This document shows positions 53,893 to 64,000 of a DNA stretch of 64,000 nt, one piece after another (within the stretch, counting starts at the first letter, position 1; each line of letters begins with the position of its first letter). Source of the stretch: Octopus sinensis (Eukaryota). The stretch is from the NCBI RefSeq assembly GCF_006345805.1, contig NC_043012.1, positions 8,990,001 to 9,054,000 on the forward strand, in the 5' to 3' direction. The notes under the pieces were generated by a model, which was given only the letters and a program-made list of their open reading frames with translations, searched no databases and had not been told where the DNA came from. The position numbers and the translations under genes were made by a program.

Positions 53893-54584
53893 AAGGATAA
53901 ACTATTGCTGTTACTAAATTTTCTACAGCCACTTTCACATTCCATGACTACCATTGGAATCGATCAGGTGCCGGACAAGGAATCTGGATTATTTTTCCTG
54001 TTTTTTTTCATTTAATTTTTGAGAGCGGTCGGCTTCATTTTTAGTATTCTCGTTTATGAGAGCAACCAAGCTTATTTCAGATATTCTCATTTAAAAAAAT
54101 CATCTCTAGCTAATCGTTGAGAGGTCTTTGGTGTTGCCCTGGAGGAGGTTTGCGCTCTCTGAGTGCTCTTGTTATTATTGTTGTTGTTGTTATGGTGGTT
54201 GTGGCCAACAAGTAATTTATCATAGTATAATATTTTATGTTTTTTAAAGTGCATATTTAAATTAGAAGCCAAAGATTAAACAAACAAAAAACCGCACCAT
54301 CCTCAACCGCCTCTTTTTATCCCCAGTAGCCATATAAAATTTTCCACCACTCCGGGGTTAGATACAGTCTCCTCTGAGAAACCCTGATCTAAAAACTATT
54401 GTGAATTTTTTTTGACATAATATCCTCTTATGTTGTCTGCCATTACAACTTTTTTGATTTGATATGTAAAAGAAAGGAAATTGATATGAGGAAACCAATG
54501 TTGCGGTTGTCTGAGGTTATAAATAGGTGACGAGTGGATCAATAATTATAGATAGGTCGAAGATGTTATGGAGGAAGAGATGGC

Positions 54585-54990
54585 GTGGTGGTGGTGGTAG
54601 TAATGGCAGTGATGAAGGTGGTGGTAGTGGTGGTGATAGAGATAGTGTTGATGATGGGGATGATGATATGGCGTGCTGGTTACGATGGAAATATTGGTGA
54701 GATTAGTGGTGGTGGTGGTGGTGGTGGTTATAGTGGTAGCTATGATGGTGGTGGTGATGTAAATAATGATGACGATGGTGATGACGATGGTGATGACGAT
54801 GGTGATATGACTACAACCACGACGACGATGTTGATGATGATGATGATGATGATGACGACGATAATGAATACAACCACGGCGGCGATGTTGATTGATGATC
54901 AGGATGATGATGATGATGGTGGTGATGGTGATGAAGAAGAAGAAGAAGAAGAAGAAGGAGATGGTGATTATCATGACGACGACGGCTATG
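54585..54990. repeat. Degenerate (GAT)/(GGT)/(GAA) trinucleotide region
   Basis: Read directly from the sequence. Confidence 0.9.
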
Positions 54991-55150
54991 TAAACACTTC
55001 AGAAAAATGTCTGACAGCATTACGTTTTGTTGGGTGCCACTTCAACTTAGATTAAATCACTTTTAATCATAAATCATATTTTATTGTTGTGTCAGTGTTA
55101 ACAGGATTCGGCCGTAATAAGAATCCTCTTTTTCTTTTCATCACGTCGTC

Positions 55151-55181
<31 letters not shown>

Positions 55182-55373
55182 CCATCATCATCATTATCAT
55201 CGTTGTCGTCGTTGTCGTAATGACACTTGTCACCATTATCTCGCTCTCACATTCGCTCCCAAGCATCACCACAAACCATCACGAAGGTAAAAGTAATTAT
55301 GACTTCTCAAAGAAGCTCTGAAAGTGATAACTACGTACCTACCTACACATGTAATATATATATATATATATAT

Positions 55374-55576
55374 AACGGGAAACTTTATGAAAATAAACAA
55401 AAGACGAAGGCAGGTGGAAAACAAACGAACAATTGTATTAGTATGGCGCTCAGGAAATATAAATAAAACAAGTCTTTAACGTTTCGAGCCTACGCTCTTC
55501 AACAGAAAGATACACAGAGAGAGAAAAACACAGAAAGAAGGAGAGAAAAAAAATGCGTGCAGTAGCTAACGAATCA

Positions 55577-55577
<1 letters not shown>
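55374..55577 (-). mobile_element. HHR-bearing element P1 between (TA)n tracts
   Basis: Reverse complement of 40800-41002. HHR motif at 55473-55510. Confidence 0.8.
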
Positions 55578-55605
<28 letters not shown>

Positions 55606-55607
<2 letters not shown>

Positions 55608-55800
55608 CAATGGCCTAGTGGTTAGGGCAGCGGACTCGCGGTTTCGATTCTCAGACTGGGCGTTGTGTGTGTTTATTGAGCGAAAACACCTAAAAAAGCT
55701 CCACGAGGCTCCGGCAGGGGGTGGTGATCCCTGCTGTACTCTTTCACCACAATGGCGGTGCCCAGCATGGCCACAGCTCAAGAGCTGAAACTGGAAAAAC
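55606..55800 (+). mobile_element. Deleted SINE B head joined to an A-like 3' end
   Basis: B head to 55751, then GGCGGTGCCCAGCATGGCCACAG..CTGAAAC. Confidence 0.7.
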
Positions 55801-55834
55801 AAAAACAAAAACAAACAAAACAAACACACATATA

Positions 55835-55897
<63 letters not shown>

Positions 55898-55942
55898 ATA
55901 TATATATAATATATATTATATATATATAAATATAATAAATAA

Positions 55943-55985
<43 letters not shown>

Positions 55986-55996
55986 TATATATATAT

Positions 55997-56333
55997 TTCC
56001 TCCACCTCACCTCTCTATTTTATATCTTATCTAAATTAACTATTCTTAACCTTCCTCTCACACACTCATCTCCGACGAAGGATATAATAATATCCTGGAA
56101 ACATCTGCAAGACCTTCTATCTGTAAATGTTCTAAAATCTACACAGCCTTGTTTTATTTTTTATCCCATTACGAAATAAAATTTTTATATACACACGCTG
56201 ACATATGACCAACGTTGAACCCCTTATTCGCATAATCACCGAACTTGGAACTTAACTGCGCTCCATCTATAGCACTTATTCAGCATTACTTGACACCTTT
56301 GGGTCTCAATGACACCATTATCTCTCATAACCT
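55997..56333 (+). mobile_element. (TA)n-embedded element with a degenerate HHR motif (56069-56112)
   Basis: TCT-CCGACGA-AGGATAT-AATA-ATATCCT-GGAAAC-ATCT-GCA-AGA: 7-bp stem II, with core and cleavage-site substitutions. Confidence 0.55.
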
Positions 56334-56430
56334 ATATATATATATATTTTATGAACAAATCCCATTTCGGCCCTAACTGTTGCGCCCTCAGATTCACAAG
56401 CTACATTTTCAGTAAAAGTTCATACTAACA

Positions 56431-56581
56431 TAGGCGCAGTAAGTAGCTTGCTTACCAGCCGCATGGTTCCGGGTTCAGTTCCACTGCGTGGCACGTTGGG
56501 CAAGTGTCTTCTACTATAGCCTCGGGTTGACCAAAGCCTTGTGAGTGGATTTGGTAGGCGGAAACTGAAAGAATCCCGTCG

Positions 56582-56668
<87 letters not shown>

Positions 56669-56888
56669 TATATATACATATTCTATATGTGTTGTGTGGT
56701 GTGTGTGTGTATGTATATGTTTGCGTGTCTGTGTTTGTCCTCCCAATATCGCTTGACAACCGATGTTGGTGTGTTTACGTACGTCCCGTCACCTAGCTGT
56801 TCGGCAACAGAGAACCGTTAGAATAAGTTCTAGGCTTCAAAGAGTAAATCCTGGGTGTCGATTTGCTCGACTATAGGCGGTGCTTCAG
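56431..56888 (+). mobile_element. SINE A running into the gap
   Basis: Similarity to the family. The A box is deleted. Confidence 0.88.
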
Positions 56889-56988
56889 NNNNNNNNNNNN
56901 NNNNNNNNNNNNNNNNNNNNNNNNNNNNNNNNNNNNNNNNNNNNNNNNNNNNNNNNNNNNNNNNNNNNNNNNNNNNNNNNNNNNNNNN
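56889..56988. other. Assembly gap (100 N)
   Basis: Run of N. Confidence 1.
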
Positions 56989-57103
56989 TCATTTTAAGAG
57001 TGTGAGGGGCCCTATGATCAAATTCTTGAGTGCAAGCTTTTGGTCATTGGTCTTCTTGATCAGGGTGACCTGAGGGTTAAATATCACCATAGGACCATCA
57101 CTT

Positions 57104-57330
57104 ATTTCTTTATTGCCCACAAGGGGCTAAACATAGAGGGGACAAACAAGGACAGACAAATGGATTTAGTCGATTACATCGACTCCAGTGCGTAACTGGT
57201 AGTTAATTTATCGACCCCGAAAGGATGAAAGGCAAAGCCGACCTCGGCGGAATTTGAACTCAGAATATAACGGCAGACAAAATACCGCTAAGCATTTCGC
57301 TCGGTGTGCTAACGTTTCTGCCAGCTCGCC
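57104..57330 (-). mobile_element. SINE D, full length
   Basis: TSD TAGGACCATCACTT at 57090-57103 and 57331-57344. Confidence 0.92.
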
Positions 57331-57664
57331 TAGGACCATCACTTGCATCGCCACCGACACTGCAGTACCACCAGCACTACCACCGCCACTACCACTGGCA
57401 GCAATAGCTCTATTACTAGCACCAGCACCACCAGCATCAATATCATAACTAGCATCATCACCTGTACCAGCAGTAGCACCCCCAGCAATAGTACCATTAC
57501 CATTAACCACCACTACAACCACCAGTACCACCAACACCACTATCTCTACCACTACAATGATAAACAGTACTGCCACCTTCGACCATCACCAGCAAAAGCA
57601 ATAAAAACAATAGCAAATCTTTGTATTGTACCTTAAACTATATCAAAATTCACTATATCAAAAT

Positions 57665-57877
57665 AGGCGGCGAGCTGGCGGAATCGTTAGCACGCCGGGC
57701 GAAATGCGTAGCCGTATTTCGTCTGTCTTGACGTTCTGAGTTCAAATTCCGCCGAGGTCGACTTTGCCTTTCATCCTTACTGGGTCGATAAATTAAGTAC
57801 CAGTTACGCACTGGGGTCGATGTAATCAACTTAATCCCTTTGTCTGTCCTTGTTTGCCCCCTCTATATAAAGAAACA
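57665..57877 (+). mobile_element. SINE D
   Basis: TSD TATATCAAAAT, with an extra target copy upstream. Confidence 0.9.
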
Positions 57878-59036
57878 TATATCAAAATTCACGCGTGAAA
57901 CATTTATCTCTGTCAAATACAGTCGTCTCTTGAGCAATCGCTAAAACCATTAAGGAAGGACAACAAGGCGTTATGCTCCTTACATCTCATCCGAGTCCAT
58001 TTATCCCACGTTATGGTCAGTCTTTAAACATTGCCTTCTCCTTATCTTAAATTACATTGAAGGATGTCAAATTAGATACAATTTTAACAAGAATCATTCG
58101 GTCACCTTTAGAGAAATAATCAAATTTTAATGTAAAATTACCCATTTAAACATTCATCCAGGGGAAATTCCAAGTAATTTAACGCTAATGTCGTTTCCAT
58201 TATGACTTTCTGGAATGCAATGGAGATGTAAAACACATTAACAAACCGACTTTACAATAGCTTTACAAGTTAACTGTAAATACAAATGCATCTATCTTAA
58301 GATTTACTCCACTAAAAATATATATAAAAAATAATTGATTTTTACTGCAAGCACTTATTACTGTTTCGTTTTGGTTTTAGAATTACTTTTGGATGTAGAT
58401 AAACATTTAAAGTGGATTCTTGAGTCATCTTAATTGCACAGACGTCAGAAACAGAGGTTAACTTAATGTACGTTGCGTAAGCTCAGTACCAACGGACATT
58501 TTCGATTCGTGCTTATTCTCAAGTAACAGGTAATTTATTATGACGTTTCTTGTGCAGTGTATAAAATAGGGGAAGATTTAAAGCGCACTATTTTATATAT
58601 ATATTTTTATTGACTTATATTTTTGTGCAATTATAAACTGCACAGTGTGCATAACCTATACAATTTTATACACAGTAAATTATATACTGTATAGACTATA
58701 GTGTAAAGTTTATGAATTGTACAGGAAACATATATTGTACAACACACAAACATAGTTAAACCACGAAAGCTCTTTAATGTATCATTCAACAAAACATAGA
58801 ATGTATAGTACAATACAAGAGGAAATGTTAAGGAGTGTATAAAATCACGAACGACAGAGAAATAATTTGATGAAATTCTATTTAACAGTAGGAAAATAAT
58901 ATTTTCACGATAAATTGTTTCGTAACTTAAAAACATGTGAATGATTTAGATTATATTTAATGATAAAAAAAAACATTACTTACATACCTGCATTAAAGCA
59001 TAATGCAAAAAATCCTTCAAAATAATGCAGAGTTAA

Positions 59037-59072
<36 letters not shown>

Positions 59073-59929
59073 TGTTCGCACGTACGCAATCATACACATA
59101 CATCGTAGGGTTTCTATATACGAACGTAATCCTTTCCGGAGCTCTATTCGTTAGCCAAATTGTTCATTAAATGAGTAATTGAGATACATATCAATACTGG
59201 TAATCCACTCCGAGTCATATCCAAACTCCACATAAGTGCACGAAATGATGTTTTTTTAATGTTTATTTCCTGCCATCCATCAATAACAAATACATAAATA
59301 TATAAGTATATATATATTATATATATATATGTGTGTGTGTGTTTTTGTGTCTATGTGCATTTCCTCGTTGCCTTGGATATGTTGGCGTTGTGAATAAACT
59401 GTCTGCGTTAACCAAAACGACATCAACTTGTTTGTAGTGCTTCATGAAGGGGCGTCTGGGTTGTGACGCTGTTCGACAGATGAGGAAAGACCTAGACCTG
59501 TGAAATAAAATGATATCCCTTACTTGGAAACAAGTCGGGGTAATTGACAGAAAGAGCCTATATCTGTAAAATCACGCCTTATTTACTATGAAGCCAGGGA
59601 GGTAGGGATATTTTGGAGCAATGAAATTAAAAGCAAATCTATGGCTGGAGTACAAACATATAGAGAAAAGAATAAATAGGAAATTAAAACATACCTGCAA
59701 AACCAACACAAAAGAAATATACTGTTTTAAATCTCCGAGGAAGTTGCTACCTTCCAAACTCTCCTTCCAAACCTAAACGTATTCCAACGATGCTAAATTA
59801 ACAAACGAGTGTATACAGAACAAAAAATAAATAATTACAGAAATAAAGTAAAAATACATTTAAATCAATGTTCGCTTCACTTAATGTGTCAGGTTGTTCA
59901 AGATGCACGGGTGAGACTGGAATGGTGAG

Positions 59930-60960
59930 GAGGATATTAACAAGAAGACGTCTCCGAGCAGTTGGATTTCTCTATCTCTCAAATGTTGGATATCAATGTG
60001 ATCCATGGCCAGCCCCTCTGCATCTGGGATAAGGTGATATTCCTTGACCAGTTTAAAGATTTTACTTCTTATTTCTTTACTGCCCACAAGGGGCCAAACA
60101 TAGAGGGGACAAACAAGGACAAACAAAGGGATTAAGTCGATTACATCGGCCCCCGTACGTGACTGGTACTTAATTTATCGACCCCGAAAGGATGAAAGGC
60201 AAAGTCGACCTCGGCGGAATTTGAACTCAGAACGTAACGGCAGACGAAATACCCATTTCTTTACTACCCACAAGGGCCTAAACACAGAGGGGACAAACAA
60301 GGACAAACAAAGGGATTAAGTCGATTACATCGACCCCCGTACGTGACTGGTACTTAATTTATCGACCCCGAAAGGATGAAAGGCAAAGTCGACCTCGGCG
60401 GAATTTGAACTCAGAGCGTAACGGCAGACGAAATACCTATTTCTTTACTAACCACAAGGGGCTAAACACAGAGAGGACAAACAATGACTGACAAACGGAT
60501 TAAGTCGATTATATAGACCCCGAAAGGATGAAAGGCAAAGTCGACCTCGGCGGAATGTGAACTCAGAACGTAACGGCAGACGAAATACCTATTTCTTTAC
60601 TACCCACAAGGGGCTAAACACAGAGAGGACAAACAAGGACTGACAAACGGATTAAGTCGATTATATAGACCCCGAAATGATGAAAGGCAAAGTCGACCTC
60701 GGCGGAATTTGAACTCAGAACGTAGCGGCAGACGAAATACCACTAAGCATTTCGACCGGCGTGCTAACGTTTCTGCCCACTCACCGCCTTAAAGATTTTA
60801 TTTCTACAAGAGAACAACTCTTTAAGACGCTGAGTTGGAATATTTTCCTTTCTTCTCCGCTCATCTTCATCAAGAGACAATTTTCACTGGGTCTGCCTCT
60901 TCTTTCTGAACATGTACCAGCACCTCAGTGGTGAATTGTCTCTGTGTTGAGTCTTCATTT
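59930..60960 (-). mobile_element. Tigger/pogo transposase C-terminal remnant split by a SINE D multimer
   Basis: Joining the flanks gives QFTTEVLVHVQKEE..EDERRRKENIPTQRLKELFSCRNKIFKLVKEYH, which resembles Tigger C-termini. Confidence 0.55.
60070..60788 (-). mobile_element. Head-to-tail tetramer of SINE D under one TSD
   Basis: One complete head plus three units lacking the first ~45 nt. TSD TTAAAGATTTTA(C/T)TTCT at 60053-60069 and 60789-60805. Confidence 0.92.
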
Positions 60961-61032
60961 GAACTATTCTCTCCAAATTTCTACCGAATGTATTCGATAC
61001 TCACACACACACACACATACGCACACACACAC

Positions 61033-61078
<46 letters not shown>

Positions 61079-61779
61079 AACATGTACACATGTCATATGT
61101 TACAGCTACACTTCATTCTCAAAACGAGACTACTGCAACACACAGACTTATAATATATATATAAAATCTGAATAAACAATAACACCACCACAGAATAACT
61201 AAGTAGCTATAGATTCAAATAAGTTAGTAAATATAAAATATACATTCTTAAAGTTAAACAGACATCAGGCATAAAAATAGAAAGCTTGAAAGAAAGAATG
61301 GATCACAAAAATATAAACAATGAGTAAAATAGTCTATCAATAAAAAATACAAACGAAGAATTAAAATATGAAAAGGATAAACATTGAGAACGTAAAATCA
61401 CAAAGGTAGACTATATATTTCCTAGCCAAATCATAAAAAAAACATGAAATTATAACCAAAGTTCACCAACAGATTATTGAGCAACAGCAACAACAACAAA
61501 AATCAAACTAGAACAACAGAAACAAAATTTCGAATGAAAGAGAATATTAGAAAGATTTTAAAATAGAACATTCTAAAGAATGGTATTTTGAATATGATTA
61601 TAATCATAAGGTGGAAATGGTTAAGGAATTAAAAATCGATAGCTCGTCCTGTTGACCAAAAAGAAGATCACTCCAATCATAAAATGTAACGATAACATTG
61701 TTACAACCATAAAAAAAAATGCAAATCTGGCCATCGTAGTTTTAGTGAAAACCATCACAAACATCATTTTTTTTTTGAC

Positions 61780-62114
61780 CCCCTTCAGTCAGACACTGAC
61801 CATGGGTTTGCACCTAGAGAGTTACCCTCTGAGGCACAAGTCTGGGCAAGGTTGTTTTATGGAAGACCAGCAGTCGCCCATGCATACCGGTCACCCCTCT
61901 TCACGCCACCGATGTTGCCCAAGGGAAAGGCAAAGGGGCCGATACAGCTTGGCACCAGTGACGTCGCAACTCATTTCTACAGCTGAGTGAACTGGAGCAA
62001 CGTGAAATAAAGTGTCTTGCTCAAGAACACGATACGCAGCCCGGTCCGGGATTCGAGCTCACAACCTCATGATCATAAGCTCGACACTCTAACCACTGAG
62101 CCACGCGCCTTCAC
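61780..62114 (-). mobile_element. SINE with a C-type head/core and a different tail (T5)
   Basis: TGAAGGCGCGTGGCTCAGTGG..GAGCTCGAATCCC..TTCACGTTGCTCCAG, then a tail unlike that of the 1753 copy. Confidence 0.82.
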
Positions 62115-62684
62115 ATGAAATCATCATTATAACCAGGATAACTCAATTTGATCAGTATCTGTAGTACCTTAGAATAAAGTGTTTACTTTATGAACAGTTG
62201 AGCCGAAACAAACAACTTAGAAAAGAAAGATACAGAGAAACACAGACAATAAAAGGAAGAGATCATTCAATCCTTAGTAAATACACAAACGAAAAAAGAA
62301 AAGAAAAAATGGGACTCGCTTACTACAGAAATGAAGTATATAATTTAAGTACCTGAAATCGAAGGATTTTTTCATGAACTATGTGAAAATAGAAGAGAAA
62401 ATATTGTAGTGTCAACTGCGAGAGGTGGAGAGAGAACGTTAAAGGCAACAGATGTAACATTTGAATAGTTTCTCGAAGAAATAACCTATCTGTATGTAGC
62501 TGAGATACTATACACCACAAACAACTGGAAGTTACTTGTAAATTAGAGGTTTCGATATTTATTATGTACTCTTTAACTGCTCGCAAAAATATTCAGGCGT
62601 TTTAACTGAAAGAGCCAGAAGTAACTCAAGGCAAACGAAATGCTAGACCTCCAAATCTAACGCTTGGAACCTGTAACCGACATT

Positions 62685-63068
62685 GGAAGCACTCCGTCGG
62701 TTACGACGACGAGGGTTCCGGTTGATCCGAATCAACGGAACAGCCTGCTCGTGAAATTAACGTGCAAGTGGCTGAGCACTCCACAGACACGTGTACCCTT
62801 AACGTAGTTCTCGGGGATATTCAGCGTGACACAGAGAGTGACAAGGCCGGCCCTTTGAAATACAGGTACAACAGAAACAGGAAGTAAGAGTGAGAGAAAG
62901 TTGTGGTGAAAGAGCACAGCAGGGATCACCACCATCCCCTGCCGGAGCCTCGTGGAGCTTTAGGTGTTTTCGCTCAATAAACACTCACAACGCCCGGTCT
63001 GGGAATCGAAACCGCGATCCTATGACCGCGAGTCCGCTGCCCTAACCACTGGGCCATTGTGCCTCCAC
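62685..63068 (-). mobile_element. SINE B (tail T1), full length
   Basis: Nearly identical to the 5402 copy. TSD AACCGAC(A/G)TT. Confidence 0.93.
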
Positions 63069-64000
63069 AACCGACGTTACCCTATAATACACAAAAGCTT
63101 AACATTTAGATTTATCGTTAAAGGTAAATGGTTACATAAATAAATAAATGAATGATAAAAAGAACGAAAAGTTTTAGCAATAAAGTAACTAATGAACAGA
63201 TCCATAGCTGAAGAGTGTAGGAGAGAAGAGAGTGGGGTGAGCATCACATGGATTAATTAGGAGAAGGTTTTAGGCAAAGCCTTCTAGTGATATTGTCAGA
63301 CATAAATAAGGTGGTTCTAATTAAACTCAGATATATCAAGCAAGTCATGAATAAATAGAAAACAGTTCATTAGAAACGAATAAAAGAGGGAACTGGAAAT
63401 ACGAAACCAATCCTTATTAGAAGAGTTCCATTGCTTTTTTTGCCGGGTGAAATAATCTTCAATAAACAAACTAAACCGGACTAGACAGATACAATCTACT
63501 ATCTCTCGTGCAGGAGGGGAGACCTTAAGGCGTATATCCTATTTGATGACAAGCAACTAGAATATTACGATAGACTGCACACAGATTTAGTCGGGAGTCT
63601 GGTGGGAAATTTAGTTTAGCAAAAAAAAAATGCACCAAAACTATCTTCAGAAAAGCAAGAGTAATAATCGATATGACAGAACAAACTAATTAATGAAAAA
63701 TAAAAACAAAAACAAGAAAAAAAACCCCAGAAAAAAAAAAGAACGCAGTGATAAGAAATTATGATAAATACAAACTTTAAATACTTAAAAATTGATAAAC
63801 TAGACGGAGCGTAATACACAGAAATAGACGAAAAGATTAGGAAGGGTTATTATAAATAAATAATTAAGACTGGTCTAAACTCCAACGTAAGATAAGTTTT
63901 AAAAATCTGTTTAAGTAATAAATAGAAAAAAACTTGTGAGAGAAACAAGAGAAATAAACTGACTGTATTCAGAAAACAAAAGCCAAAAGCCAAAAGAATA

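Larger units (their letters stand above)
52623..54172 (+). mobile_element. Fragmented HINE/Helentron-like non-autonomous element(s) interrupted by SINEs
   Basis: TTATTACCT.. starts at 52623 and 53508 (TTATTACCTCCGCC), followed by TGTTTGTTTGTC..GATATCTCAAGAACCGCT..GGATTCGGATGAAACT. The 3' end is GGAGGTTTGCGCTCTCTGAGTGCTCTTGTT. Confidence 0.55.

Noticed and set aside
54546-55055. Acidic or His-rich low-complexity ORFs
   Set aside because: Degenerate GAT/GGT repeats open on both strands, with no domain or splice evidence. The same applies to 57208-57636.

Overview
AT-rich, repeat-saturated eukaryotic DNA with no recognisable host protein-coding gene, so probably intronic or intergenic. The SINE families and extreme microsatellite density resemble an octopod cephalopod genome (from memory, not searched). 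Almost every long ORF in the track is a microsatellite artefact. The real content is: (1) four tRNA-headed SINE families (called A-D here) whose heads and tails are recombined in many combinations; (2) decayed LINE fragments (CR1, R4/Dong, RTE, HERO-like, Tx1/L1), several inserted in a specific microsatellite; (3) mariner, Tigger, hAT and Helitron/HINE-like DNA-element remnants; (4) short non-coding elements in or next to (TA)n tracts, many with long inverted repeats and type I hammerhead ribozyme (HHR) motifs, typical of Penelope-like pseudo-LTRs or retrozymes. Two HHRs have unusually long stem II inserts. A further oddity is a ~270 bp minisatellite made of overlapping NF-kB-like and STAT-like motifs. 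There are two 100-N assembly gaps. All alignments and folds were done by eye.
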